From Terracidiphilus sp. (lineage in GTDB: Bacteria > Acidobacteriota > Terriglobia > Terriglobales > Acidobacteriaceae): DNA of 64,000 bases. The position numbers and the translations under genes were made by a program. The stretch's first letter is position 1, and every line of letters starts with the position of its first letter. Shown one piece after another: positions 30,551-40,812 of this stretch. Location: positions 12,033 through 76,032 of the forward strand of contig JBEKRS010000019.1 of assembly GCA_049518535.1 (NCBI GenBank). Direction: 5' to 3'. Under the pieces are notes generated by a model. That model was not told the DNA's origin. It was given only the letters and a program-made list of their open reading frames with translations, and did not search any database.

Positions 30551-31519
30551 TCACGGCTCCAGCAGAATCTTCCCGGTAGTCTTGCGCTCTTCGATGTCGG
30601 TATGGGCCTGTGCGGCTTCGGCCAACGGATACAGGTGCTCGGTGCGCAGCTTGAGTTCGCCCTTGGCGGCCCAGCCCAGCACATCGCCGGCGCGCCACTC
30701 CAGTTCTGCCCTGGTGGCCACGTAATGCCACATCGTCGGACGAGTGATGAACAGCGAACCCTTGCCGCTGAGCTGAATCAGGTCGAAGGGCGGCACAGGA
30801 CCGCTGGATGCGCCAAACAGGGCCAGCAGCCCGCGCGGCCGCAGGCAGTTCAGGCTGCTCTCAAACGTGGTTTTGCCCACCGAATCGTAGACCACGTCCA
30901 CGCCCTTGCCTCCGGTGATCCGCTTGGTCTCCGCCTCGAAGTCCTGCTTGGTGTAGAGAATCACGTCCGACGCGCCCGCCTCGCGTGACAACTCCGCCTT
31001 GGCCTCAGTGGAGACCGTCGTGATGACCCGCGCTCCCATCCGCACGGCCATCTGCGTCAGCAAGAGGCCCACACCGCCAGCTCCGGCGTGAACCAGCGCT
31101 GTGTCACCGGGCTTCAGCGGAAAGGTGGAATGGCTCAGGTAATGCGCGGTCATTCCTTGCAGCATGGCGGCCGCGGCCTTCTCCGGAGTTAGCCCGTCGG
31201 GCACCTTGATCAATTTCTCTGCTGGAGCCAGCGCATACTCGGCATAACTGCCCAGTACGCTTACCGAGGCCACCAATTCGCCGGTAGCAAAACCCGTCAC
31301 GCCCGGACCCAGCTCCTCGACTGTACCCGCTGCCTCGCTGCCGGGCACCAGTGGGAGAGCCGCCTTGTAGACGCCCTTGCGAAAGTAGATTTCGATGAAG
31401 TTGACCCCCACGGCTTCCACGCGGATCAACACTTGCCCTGGTCCAGGCTGAGGGATGGGCAACTCGGCGAGCTTCAGTACCTCCGGCCCGCCTATCTCGT
31501 GAATTTGAATGGCTTTCAT
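30551..31519 (-). CDS. qor: NADPH:quinone oxidoreductase (zeta-crystallin family)
   Basis: GGPEVL, GVNFIE, HAGAGGVG, VVYDSVG. Confidence 0.9.
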   Translation of the reverse strand: MKAIQIHEIGGPEVLKLAELPIPQPGPGQVLIRVEAVGVNFIEIYFRKGVYKAALPLVPGSEAAGTVEELGPGVTGFATGELVASVSVLGSYAEYALAPAEKLIKVPDGLTPEKAAAAMLQGMTAHYLSHSTFPLKPGDTALVHAGAGGVGLLLTQMAVRMGARVITTVSTEAKAELSREAGASDVILYTKQDFEAETKRITGGKGVDVVYDSVGKTTFESSLNCLRPRGLLALFGASSGPVPPFDLIQLSGKGSLFITRPTMWHYVATRAELEWRAGDVLGWAAKGELKLRTEHLYPLAEAAQAHTDIEERKTTGKILLEP

Positions 31520-31676
31520 CTCACGGCAAGAATGCACCATCGAGCCGGGCTACCGCAAGGGGCTGCGCAATAACTGAGATGAATATTGCGTGCAACACGT
31601 GACTCCAAAAAGAATCAAGCCCCGCCGAGGAATATCCCGGCGAGGCCTGATTCTCTTCTGACCCTGTTCCCTGCGC

Positions 31677-32666
31677 TTACACTTCCGGCAGCATACTGGG
31701 CTCTTCCGGCGCGTGCAACCGAACCATGCGCTCGATGGTATACGGCGCGCGATGCTGGCTGGTGTGGTAGTGGCGAACCTGTAACTCTCCCAGCAGTCCA
31801 ATGGCCAGCAGTTGGATGCCGGAGACGATCAGCACGCCGGCAATCACGAAAAGCGGCCCGTGCTGGTCCATCACATTCTGATGCGGGTGCATGATCTTCA
31901 TCACCATCAGTACAGCCGAGATGAAGCTGCCCGCCATGATGCCCAGCGCGCCCAAGCCCCCAAAGAAATGCAGCGGACGGCTCATGTATTTCAGCAGGAA
32001 GCGAATGGTCAGCAGGTCGAAAAAGACGCGAAAGGTGCGTCCGATACCGTAATGGCTCTTGCCCCGTTCGCGATGCACGTTGCTAATGGGAATCTCGCAG
32101 ATTGAAGCGCCATACCAGGCGGCCAGTGCGGGAATGAAACGGTGCATCTCGCCGTAGAGCGGAATATTCTGGATGACCTCGCGACGATAAGCCTTGAAGG
32201 TGGTGCCGAAGTCGTGAATGTCTACGCCGGAGAGCTTGGCCATCAGCCAGTTTGCGCAGCGCGATGGGATACGGCGCATGACAAAATTATCGATGCGCTC
32301 TTTGCGCCAGCCGGAAACCACGTCGTAGCCCTCGGCGAGCTTCTCGAGAAATTGAGGAATCTCGTTTGGGTCGTGTTGCAGATCGCCGTCCATGGCCAGA
32401 ATAAACTCGCCCGAAGCGTGGTCGAAACCGGCTGCCAAGGCCGACGTCTGCCCGAAATTGCGACGCAACTTGATGACCAGTATTCGGCTGTCTACCGCGG
32501 CAATTTCTTCGAGCAATCTGTAGGTGCGGTCGTTCGAGCCATCGTCAACCAGCACCAGCTCAAAACTATCGCCCACCTGTTCCATCACCTGCTTTAGGCG
32601 CGCGTATAAGACGGTCACGTTTTCCTCTTCATTGTGAAAAGGAACAACGATTGAATATTTAGGCAT
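31677..32666 (-). CDS. Glycosyltransferase family 2 (polyprenol-phosphate sugar transferase-like)
   Basis: VDDGSND, RNFGQTSAL, MDGDLQHDP, GEMHRFIP, two C-terminal TM helices. Confidence 0.9.
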   Translation of the reverse strand: MPKYSIVVPFHNEEENVTVLYARLKQVMEQVGDSFELVLVDDGSNDRTYRLLEEIAAVDSRILVIKLRRNFGQTSALAAGFDHASGEFILAMDGDLQHDPNEIPQFLEKLAEGYDVVSGWRKERIDNFVMRRIPSRCANWLMAKLSGVDIHDFGTTFKAYRREVIQNIPLYGEMHRFIPALAAWYGASICEIPISNVHRERGKSHYGIGRTFRVFFDLLTIRFLLKYMSRPLHFFGGLGALGIMAGSFISAVLMVMKIMHPHQNVMDQHGPLFVIAGVLIVSGIQLLAIGLLGELQVRHYHTSQHRAPYTIERMVRLHAPEEPSMLPEV

Positions 32667-32776
32667 AGCAGTAGTATAGACGCGATTGAGATGAAACGGG
32701 ACAAAACTTGGTGCCGGAATAGGTTCCTCTGCATGCCTGAAGATCACATTCAAAGGCCTCAGCCAGCCCGAGCCTC

Positions 32777-33088
32777 TCACCGGTCGAGTTCGTCGAGCAT
32801 AGCCTGCATCTCACTGAGGGCATGATGGTTGCCGCTGCGCGCCGCAGAGCTGATGCCGGCTTTCAGGCGTCCTATAGCCTCCGGCGTACGCCCAGCCGCG
32901 GCCAGAGTCTGCGCGGCCATGAAGTAGCCAGCCGTGTAGTCTGGATCGTTGGCCAACAGCGTGTCGAACTCATCGAGCGCCTCCGCCGTCTGGCCGCGAC
33001 CTACCAGTTCCATGGCAATGCCATAGCGGGCAAAGCTGTTCTTCGGATCCAATTTCAGAATCTCTTTTAACCCTTCAATCTTTTCCAT
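32777..33088 (-). CDS. Small TPR protein
   Basis: DPKNSFARYGIA, PDYTAGY TPR-like repeats. Confidence 0.8.
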   Translation of the reverse strand: MEKIEGLKEILKLDPKNSFARYGIAMELVGRGQTAEALDEFDTLLANDPDYTAGYFMAAQTLAAAGRTPEAIGRLKAGISSAARSGNHHALSEMQAMLDELDR

Positions 33089-33260
33089 ATCGCTCGAATG
33101 CGGCCAGCCTTGTTCAGCTCCGGCCCAGGTGGATTTGCGTAATTGGCGGCGATTGCCGAAACTGGAACTGCACGCTCGTTAAGACTTGCCGCTGCCAGCT
33201 TCATTGTATCTGGCGGAGGGTGCAATTGAGCAGCGCGCCATTGAACGGAGAAATCGAACT

Positions 33261-33791
33261 ATGAGCCCCAACGAAACCCACCCGGCAGCTCGCACGGTCG
33301 CCAGCACGCAGTCGGAGATGACCGAACTGATACTGCCCAACGACACCAACGTTTTGGGAAATCTACTGGGCGGCCGCCTTATGCACTTCATCGATCTGAC
33401 CGCCGCCATGGCCGCCTACCGGCACGCGCGCACTTATATCGTGACCGCGGCCATGGACCACATCGACTTCATTCAGCCGGTGAATCTGGGCAACCTGCTC
33501 ACTCTCCGGTCAAGTGTCAACCGCGCCTTCACTACATCGATGGAGGTGGGCGTAAAGGTATGGGCGGAGAATACGCAAACCGGCTCTCAAGCACACGTAG
33601 CCAGCGCCTACCTGGTCTTTGTGGCCATCGAAAAGAACGGCCAGCGTGTGCGCGTGCCGGAAGCGCTGCCGGAGACGCCCAACGAAATGCGCCGCTATGC
33701 GGATGCTTTGCTGCGCCGCGAGCATCGCGAGGCCGAGCAGGCGCGCCGCAAGCAGGAGAGGCTTGCACACACGGGATTGGAAAACGAGTAA
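33261..33791 (+). CDS. Acyl-CoA thioesterase (hotdog fold)
   Basis: PNDTNVLGNLLGG, IDFIQPV, TSMEVGV. Confidence 0.9.
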   Translation: MSPNETHPAARTVASTQSEMTELILPNDTNVLGNLLGGRLMHFIDLTAAMAAYRHARTYIVTAAMDHIDFIQPVNLGNLLTLRSSVNRAFTTSMEVGVKVWAENTQTGSQAHVASAYLVFVAIEKNGQRVRVPEALPETPNEMRRYADALLRREHREAEQARRKQERLAHTGLENE

Positions 33792-33864
33792 ACCAGTAGG
33801 CAGTGAGGCTGAAGGGTACAGGCTCTACCACGTGCTTGCTGCCCTTTGAGCGACGGAGAACTCG

Positions 33865-34776
33865 ATGCGACTTTTTTCGGCGCACGGTGTTTATTCCAAT
33901 CATAGGAGACAATTCGTGCTCGTCATAAAACGCATTCTCAGAGATTCGTTCGTACTTCTCTGCCTGGTTATCCTCGGCGCGCAACTCTCACTCGCTGGGT
34001 CATTGAAACCTCCAACAACCTGGTGGCCCGATCCATCGACCGGACTGATGTGGACCGGACAGGCATCATCGAATGGCCATCCAGCGTTCATGAACTGGAA
34101 TGAGGCGAACGAATATTGCACATCTCTTAGGCTTGGCGGATATTCGGGCTGGAGGCTTCCTTCGTCCGCTGAGTTAGATGCGATCATTTATATTCAGCAC
34201 GTGGTTCCTAAGACTTCATTCTTTAACCCATCGTACAGTAATCCGCCATATGACATACAAGTAGTCAGAGGCGGAATAACAACAGTCAAGATAGAGTATC
34301 GTGAAGGTGGAGTTAAAGAGATTGTGGGACCTCTTTATACGTCAATTCCACCGAAATCTTATTGGGGTTTGGGTGCTCCACAGGCGCTCTGCACGCGCCC
34401 AATGGAAGCCGACATTTTTCAGATAGCCAAGGACGCTCAACCGCACCAGCCAGTTCCGGACGTTCTGACGCTGAAGGCTTATATTCCGCTTAACAAAGCC
34501 CAACTGGCCTATCACGCGGGGCAGTACCATGAGAGCATCAATCAGGCGAAGAATGCCATCCTGCTCAAATCAGACTTCGCGCCTGCTTATTGGGCCATTG
34601 GCATCTCTTACGGCAGATTGGGCCAGTGGGATTTAGCCATCACCAATCTGAAAACGGCTCTCAAGATCGACAAAGACTACGGCGATGCGAAGGATGGCCT
34701 GAAATGGGCGAAGGAAGGCCAGAAGGCCGCGAAACCAGGAAGCAGTCCCAAGGCGGCAACTCCCGAGTGGAATTGA
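33865..34776 (+). CDS. DUF1566/Lcl-like domain protein with C-terminal TPR
   Basis: DPSTGLMW, WNEANEYC, GWRLPS; C-terminal AYWAIG/YGRLGQW TPR; true start uncertain. Confidence 0.7.
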   Translation: MRLFSAHGVYSNHRRQFVLVIKRILRDSFVLLCLVILGAQLSLAGSLKPPTTWWPDPSTGLMWTGQASSNGHPAFMNWNEANEYCTSLRLGGYSGWRLPSSAELDAIIYIQHVVPKTSFFNPSYSNPPYDIQVVRGGITTVKIEYREGGVKEIVGPLYTSIPPKSYWGLGAPQALCTRPMEADIFQIAKDAQPHQPVPDVLTLKAYIPLNKAQLAYHAGQYHESINQAKNAILLKSDFAPAYWAIGISYGRLGQWDLAITNLKTALKIDKDYGDAKDGLKWAKEGQKAAKPGSSPKAATPEWN

Positions 34777-34848
34777 TACTCTAAAAACAATTGCGTTTTT
34801 CATCCGATCTTGAACATCTAAAGTTTCATAAGGAGCAATCAAACCACA

Positions 34849-35679
34849 ATGGCTCATTCACCTGCCATGCCTTCACCCGTAGCTTTGCCAGGCGTATCGA
34901 AAATCGTAGCTATCGGTTCCGGCAAGGGCGGCGTCGGTAAAACCACGGTCGCCGTCAACCTGGCTATTGCGCTTTCGCGACTGGGCCAACGCGTAGGCCT
35001 GATCGACGCCGACATCTACGGCCCGAACGTGCCGCTGATGATGGGCTCGGTCCAACAGCCGCGTGTTGGCGAAGACAACCGCATTCAGCCTAACGTGACC
35101 CACGGCATCAAAACCATCTCCATCGGCTACATCTCGCCCGGCGATAAGCCACTGGTAATGCGCGGACCGATGCTGCACCAGATCATTCGCCAGTTCCTTC
35201 AACAAGTGGAATGGGGCGAGTTGGACTACCTCGTTGTTGACCTGCCACCCGGTACGGGCGATGTGGTTATTTCATTAGTCCAGACCGTACCGCTGACCGG
35301 CGCGGTGGTAGTCTCGACACCGAGCGACGTAGCCCTGCAAGATGCGCGCAAGGCTCTCGAGATGTTCGGCCAGGTCAACGTCGAAGTATTGGGCATTGTG
35401 GAGAACATGAGCCACTTCACTTGCCCGCACTGCCAAAAGGAGATCGACATTTTCTCTAAAGGCGGCGCCGAACGAACCGCGCACCAGTTCAAGGTGCCAT
35501 TCTTGGGATCAATCGAGTTAGTCCCCGCTATTCGCGAGGGCGGCGACCGTGGCCTGCCCGTTGCGCTGGCCGGCCCCAAGAGCCCGCAGGCGGCCGAGTT
35601 CTATGCCGTGGCAGAGAAACTGATGGAGCGCGCCGAAGCCGCTGCGGCTACGGCCACCGACGTGATTGAAATCAGCTAA
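34849..35679 (+). CDS. mrp: Mrp/ApbC (NBP35 family) Fe-S cluster carrier ATPase
   Basis: GKGGVGKTT, DADIYGP, MRGPM, DLPPGTGD, ENMS..CPHC. Confidence 0.93.
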   Translation: MAHSPAMPSPVALPGVSKIVAIGSGKGGVGKTTVAVNLAIALSRLGQRVGLIDADIYGPNVPLMMGSVQQPRVGEDNRIQPNVTHGIKTISIGYISPGDKPLVMRGPMLHQIIRQFLQQVEWGELDYLVVDLPPGTGDVVISLVQTVPLTGAVVVSTPSDVALQDARKALEMFGQVNVEVLGIVENMSHFTCPHCQKEIDIFSKGGAERTAHQFKVPFLGSIELVPAIREGGDRGLPVALAGPKSPQAAEFYAVAEKLMERAEAAAATATDVIEIS

Positions 35680-35755
35680 CCACCTGCGGCAGGGCTAACT
35701 ACCTTCGGCTCGATCCCGCCAGAAAAGAGCGCGGCTTTTTCAGGCAACCTGACAA

Positions 35756-35778
35756 GAAAAGCGGGGCATGTGCCCCGC
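35756..35778 (-). terminator. Intrinsic terminator of the YXWGXW-repeat gene
   Basis: GCGGGGC-ACAT-GCCCCGC followed by TTTTCT on the minus strand. Confidence 0.7.
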
Positions 35779-35800
35779 CCTCTCATCTCGATTTTCCAGT

Positions 35801-36091
35801 TTAGCGCCAGTGCCCTTCAACCAGAACCCATTGGCCGTGACGATGAACCCACTTGTGCGCAACCCAATGCGCGCCAGGATGCGGCGGACGTTCCCAACGC
35901 CCAGGAGTCCATACATAATGATCGCCCTCCCAGCGGTGGTAGCCATCAATCCACACGAATCCGGCCTCTGGAGGCCTACCGCGTTCCTCTACGACCGGGG
36001 GCGGCGGCCCGATGCGGATCACAACCTGCGCAAACGACGCCGCAGGGAATAGTGTGAGAGCAAGCAATATTGCCAGTGCAAACTTCTTCAC
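35801..36091 (-). CDS. Small secreted YXWGXW-repeat protein
   Basis: Signal peptide, PPPP, VWIDGYH/VWTPGRW/HWVAHKW/VLVEGHW repeats; SD AAGGAG. Confidence 0.85.
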   Translation of the reverse strand: MKKFALAILLALTLFPAASFAQVVIRIGPPPPVVEERGRPPEAGFVWIDGYHRWEGDHYVWTPGRWERPPHPGAHWVAHKWVHRHGQWVLVEGHWR

Positions 36092-36414
36092 GATGAATCG
36101 CTCCTTGTTTGAGATTCCGGAATCGTGCAGTGTCTCCGGCCCAATGATAACTTCAACGTTCTACCACAGGAATAGTTGCGCGTCTAGCCAATTTAAGACG
36201 TTAGATGCGGGAGACGAGGTCCCCGCACAGGGCTTTAGCTTGAGGAAAAGCCATTTGAGTTTATCAATTTTTATTACAGTAACCCTGAAATCCCTATAGT
36301 CAACATCTTCTGCCGCAAGCTGCGAAAATCGTGTGCCTGAGAGCCATGCTGAACCTGCCAAATTCCTGTTCTGCATGAAGTCCAAAAGTAGCAGCTCTTG
36401 CGATCTCAAACTCT

Positions 36415-37464
36415 TCAGGCCACCTTCACCGCTGCCTCAATCTCCTCGGTCAGCGCCTCGGCAGCCTTCACGCAGGCCGCGCGATCCACATCGAGGTGAG
36501 TCACCAGCCGAAGCGCATCCGGCCCGAAGGCGCTGGCCAGAATGCCGCGTGCCCTCAGCCGCGCCACCACATCCGCCGCGTTCACACCTCCAGTCAACCG
36601 GAAGACGATAATATTCGTCTCGACCGAATCGAGGTCAATAGCCACGTTTTCGATATTAGAAAGCGCTTCCGCCAGCAGTCGGGCGTTGGCGTGGTCCTCG
36701 TGCAGCCGCGCCGCGCCGTGCTCCAATGCAATCAATCCCGCCGCCGCCAGAATGCCCGCCTGCCGCATTCCGCCGCCTAATGCTTTGCGGAAAATACGCG
36801 CCCGCTCCATCAGCTCCGCCGAGCCAACCAACATCGACCCCACTGGAGCGCCCAGCCCCTTCGACAAACAGAACATCACCGTATCAAATCCGCTGGTCAG
36901 CTTCTTCACATCCACGCCCAGTGCAACAGCCGCGTTGAAGATACGCGCTCCATCAAGATGCACCGGGAGCCTGTGCGCCTTTGCTCCGGCCCAAATCTCT
37001 TCTAAGACTTCCAATCGCGTGCAACGCCCACCCGCAAGGTTGGCCGTGTTCTCAATCTCAATCAATCCTGTAGCCGCGCGAAATGCGCCGCGCGCGTAGA
37101 TCGCCGGCTCGATCTGCTTCCAGGTCAAGATGCCGCCCTCAGCAGGAACCGCACGCACCAGGCAGCCGGAAAACACTGCGGTCGTGGCCATTTCCCAGTC
37201 CAGAATGTGCGCCCGCGATTCGGCGATCACCTCCTGACCTGGCTGCGTGTGCAGGCGAATGCCGATCTGGTTGCCCATGGTGCCGGTGGGTACAAACAGC
37301 GCCGCCTCGCGGCCAAAGATTTCCGCCGCCCGCCGCTCCAAAAGATTCACGGTTGGATCTTCGCCGTAAACATCGTCGCCCACCTCAGCCGCAGCCATCG
37401 CTGCACGCATCTCCATAGAAGGTCGTGTAACCGTATCCGAACGCAAATCAATGATGGCTGGCAA
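36415..37464 (-). CDS. ltaE: Low-specificity L-threonine aldolase
   Basis: [43 protein letters not shown]. Confidence 0.93.
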   Translation of the reverse strand: MPAIIDLRSDTVTRPSMEMRAAMAAAEVGDDVYGEDPTVNLLERRAAEIFGREAALFVPTGTMGNQIGIRLHTQPGQEVIAESRAHILDWEMATTAVFSGCLVRAVPAEGGILTWKQIEPAIYARGAFRAATGLIEIENTANLAGGRCTRLEVLEEIWAGAKAHRLPVHLDGARIFNAAVALGVDVKKLTSGFDTVMFCLSKGLGAPVGSMLVGSAELMERARIFRKALGGGMRQAGILAAAGLIALEHGAARLHEDHANARLLAEALSNIENVAIDLDSVETNIIVFRLTGGVNAADVVARLRARGILASAFGPDALRLVTHLDVDRAACVKAAEALTEEIEAAVKVA

Positions 37465-37553
37465 TGCTTTCTACCTTTCCTTTCTATGGATTCTCTCCGA
37501 ACGAGCGAGACCCTCTCCTGAGAACTGTCCGCTGTTAGCTGACAACTGCTTTT

Positions 37554-38561
37554 TCATGGAATCTGCGCCATGGGCAGTTCCATCACCGGAGTCCGCTTAC
37601 TATCCTTCACGGCGTAAGCCCACAGGCCATGAAAGTTCTCCCTCAGCCCAGGTTGCGCTTTGAGCACTGCACTCAGCACCGCTATCGCTTCAGTCCGCTG
37701 CGCCGCTGGATCGGTAACTCCGGTCGATTCGTAGACCACGCCCAAGTCCGCGTGAAGCAGCGTCGGGTCAAGCCGCACCGTGTCGATCTTCCAGGTGCGC
37801 GGACCATCCGGGATCGTCAATGGGAAGACATCCTGCGGAGAATTCTTGATCGCCGCCTGTTCCGTTCCGAGTTTCTCCAGGTTTGGCGAGGAGAGAAAAT
37901 CCACCGGCAGCAGCAGCATCCGCGCGGTCTCGTAGGCGTACCACGCGCTCCATACCTCGCCGGCTTTGGTGAGATCGCGAGCGTGCGTCCAGTACCACAA
38001 GCCGTCGTGCCCATCGAGGACTCCCGGCCGCACTGTCAAGCCGCCCAGCTTCCAGCCGGTAGCGGGACCGTCCCAGACCAGAATGAGCCCCAACTGGCCT
38101 GCGTAAGGCGCACCAACTGCATCCCCCAGCACCACGGCGTAGCGCCCCGGCGGCAGCGCCTGCATGGTCAAGACCACGGTCATCGAGCCTGTACTGTTAG
38201 AGCAAAAGAATTGTGTGTCGGCGGGCGCGGTCAAGCTGGTCGCGTCCAGCAGGTAAAGGTTGCGCAGTTGCACTTGCCCGCCCTTCATCAGTGACGCAGA
38301 ACTTTCGACCACCTGGCGAATTCCATCCCAGTCCTTGGCCACGGCGGGCGCCAGAGCGGCCTGAAGCGCAGAATAATCCTGCGCGGCGACAGCGACAGCC
38401 AGACGTCCTCCGGCTGCTGCCAGCGCATCGCGATCTTGCGGCAACAACTCGGCTTGGGTGGTGCAACTTGTGGCGCGAACGGCCGTCGGCGCCGCCAATA
38501 ATACACTCAGCACCGCCATCGCGGAAAACCTTTTGAAACAGAGGCGCATCTCCTGGGACAT
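37554..38561 (-). CDS. Secreted hypothetical protein
   Basis: 335 aa, signal-peptide-like N-terminus, no recognised motif. Confidence 0.7.
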   Translation of the reverse strand: MSQEMRLCFKRFSAMAVLSVLLAAPTAVRATSCTTQAELLPQDRDALAAAGGRLAVAVAAQDYSALQAALAPAVAKDWDGIRQVVESSASLMKGGQVQLRNLYLLDATSLTAPADTQFFCSNSTGSMTVVLTMQALPPGRYAVVLGDAVGAPYAGQLGLILVWDGPATGWKLGGLTVRPGVLDGHDGLWYWTHARDLTKAGEVWSAWYAYETARMLLLPVDFLSSPNLEKLGTEQAAIKNSPQDVFPLTIPDGPRTWKIDTVRLDPTLLHADLGVVYESTGVTDPAAQRTEAIAVLSAVLKAQPGLRENFHGLWAYAVKDSKRTPVMELPMAQIP

Positions 38562-38717
38562 CCTCTCCGCCCGCGGAAACTGTTGGTGAGCGTTCGCGGG
38601 CCACTGCTAGTCTAGTACAGTAGAGCATCAGCGGAATATCGCGTCCGTACGGTGCTTCCGCGCTTTTGACGGAAGGCGACCCCGGAGCCCAGAAGCCGGG
38701 ACTAAGGACCGGTTCTC

Positions 38718-40262
38718 ATGCGTAGCACCATCTTGTTGAAATTGCAGTTTTCGCCAAGGTTCTTCGACGTGCTTGCTCCTTTGGCGGTCCTCGCCACGGT
38801 TGCCAGCGCAGCGCCGGTGCTGGCCGCACAACCACCGGCAACAGTTCTTGCGTCCAATGTGATTGTGGCGCACCCGCCGGCTCATCCCTTAAAACTTAGC
38901 ACCCCGTCTCTTCCGCCAACGCCGCCAACGTTCATGCTGCGGACGCAAGTTTCGGTCACTATCAAGGACCCCGCAGAGTTCCATGTCTATCAAACGGCCT
39001 CTTCGCAACGCGATCCGAAGGCCAAGGCTAGAGCCCTCGAGGGTTATTTGCAAGCTTATCCGCAGAGCGTCGCCAAGAATGCAGTTCTCGATGAATTGAC
39101 CGACGTCTACGTGGATTCGCATGACAGCTACCATGCACTTAGCGCGGCAAGTCGCCAACTCCAGTTGGACCCGGTCAATCTGAAGGCGATCTTTATTTCG
39201 GTCTACATCAAGAAGCGCCAGTGCGCTGAAACCAGCAATGCAAAGATCTGCGACGAAGCCGCGGCGTTGGCCCAGAGAGGCCTCAAGGTTGCCAAAACTG
39301 CCGACACTTCTGACGAAGACTGGAAGAAGCGGACCGCCGAGGTCTATCCGATCCTGCATTCAGCCATTGCCCTGGACGACATCTCCTTCAGAAAAGATGT
39401 GAAGACCGGAATCAGTGAATATCGCACTGAGCTAATGCTTTACCCGCCTGATCAGACCAAGGACAATCCTGGACTGTGGGATACGCTGCAACTGGCGGAC
39501 GCCTACACCAGGCCGGATGCCAAGGATCTGGTTCAGGCGGTATGGTTTTACGCTCGCGCCTGGAACTTCGCCCCTGCGATTCTCAAGACTCCGATCGAAA
39601 AAAAGATGGAGTATTACTACACCCAGTATCACGGCAAGCTGGACGGACTGAACGAGATTAAGACTCAAACCAAAGCATCTCTCTTTCCACCTGGAACTGT
39701 CCTGAGTACATCTGCCGACGCACCTCCCGAGCCTGAACTGCCGCAGTGGCCGGCCAACGAGAAAGCCGCCCAGGCCACAGTCACCTGGGACAGCGAGGGC
39801 TTACGCATCGAAGCCGCCAACTCCAGCCTTGGACAGATTCTGAATGATGTGGCCACCGAGACGGGTGCAAAGGTCGAGGGATTGCAGGCCGACCAGCGAG
39901 TCTTTGGCGTCTACGGGCCTGGCCCTGCGCGCGATGTGCTCTCTGAGCTTCTGCAAGGCTCCGGTTACAACGTCATAATGGTCGGGGACCAAGGCCAGGG
40001 AACGCCGCGCCAAATCGTCCTCACCGCCCGCAGCGGCGCAACCACGTCACCAGCCGCCAACCCTACTGCATCCGCCGCCAATGATGAGGACGCCGACGTG
40101 CTTGAAGAACAACCGCAGCCAATGCCCATGCCCCCCAGCCGCGCTGGCTTCGGACCCGGCGGGCAGATGCGTACGCCGCAGCAGCTCTCAGAGGAGATGC
40201 AGCGCCAGCAGGAAATGCGGCGCCAGCAACAGATGCAGCAGCCCCCCAACTCGCCAAACTAG
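38718..40262 (+). CDS. Secreted protein: helical TPR-like region plus secretin-N/STN-like domain and Gln-rich tail
   Basis: Signal peptide; AKARALEGYLQAYPQS helical region; LRIEAANSSLGQILNDVA STN-like segment. Confidence 0.65.
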   Translation: MRSTILLKLQFSPRFFDVLAPLAVLATVASAAPVLAAQPPATVLASNVIVAHPPAHPLKLSTPSLPPTPPTFMLRTQVSVTIKDPAEFHVYQTASSQRDPKAKARALEGYLQAYPQSVAKNAVLDELTDVYVDSHDSYHALSAASRQLQLDPVNLKAIFISVYIKKRQCAETSNAKICDEAAALAQRGLKVAKTADTSDEDWKKRTAEVYPILHSAIALDDISFRKDVKTGISEYRTELMLYPPDQTKDNPGLWDTLQLADAYTRPDAKDLVQAVWFYARAWNFAPAILKTPIEKKMEYYYTQYHGKLDGLNEIKTQTKASLFPPGTVLSTSADAPPEPELPQWPANEKAAQATVTWDSEGLRIEAANSSLGQILNDVATETGAKVEGLQADQRVFGVYGPGPARDVLSELLQGSGYNVIMVGDQGQGTPRQIVLTARSGATTSPAANPTASAANDEDADVLEEQPQPMPMPPSRAGFGPGGQMRTPQQLSEEMQRQQEMRRQQQMQQPPNSPN

Positions 40263-40600
40263 GACGGCAGTTTGAACGTTGCGCGTCCGGGACGAGCGTA
40301 ATCAACTTCCGAATCGCGAATTCCACGGAATGAAATTACGGCTGAGATTGTGGAGCGATCTTGGAACAATATCTATCGGAAACGATGAATTTTCGTTAAT
40401 CAACGGCAGAAAGCTGCCCCTGATCCCGGCTTTAAAGCACCTGCGCCACTTCGGACTGGGCCTTCCCCATAATCTGGCGCTGCTGCGGGCGCATTATCGC
40501 AAAAGTGATTCGGAGGATTCCATAAGCCGCCAGAATGCCGAAAACCAGCGAGCCAATTGCCGCGCAGATCAACATAGCAAAGTTCAAAAAATCCGTCATC

Positions 40601-40615
40601 GTTCACTTCCTATTC
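40601..40615 (+). promoter_or_regulatory. Putative LexA box upstream of uvrA
   Basis: GTTC-ACTTCCT-ATTC, one mismatch to GTTC-N7-GTTC. Confidence 0.55.
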
Positions 40616-40812
40616 GGTCTCTAACGCACCGCGTACCGGTTCTCAGGCCTCCCAAAAACTTGCTCGGACTGGCCCTCAGACCTATCTCTAATTGTCGCAG
40701 AATTATGCGTTGCGTTGACCCTGATTTCTATTGACTAATAGAATACCTGAAGGGTGTCCCAATCCGGTAATTGACCGGCTGAGATTCCCAGAGCCACCCA
40801 CCACCCCAAACC

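Noticed and set aside
36161-36409. 82-aa minus-strand ORF between ltaE and the YXWGXW gene
   Set aside because: TTG start without SD, no motif, spans the probable promoter region of the downstream gene.
37465-37550. Glycine riboswitch upstream of ltaE
   Set aside because: CTCAGG and GGAGAG words occur but in the wrong order and the region is too short for the aptamer.
40279-40734. 151-aa ORF upstream of uvrA
   Set aside because: No recognisable motif; overlaps the putative LexA box and promoter.
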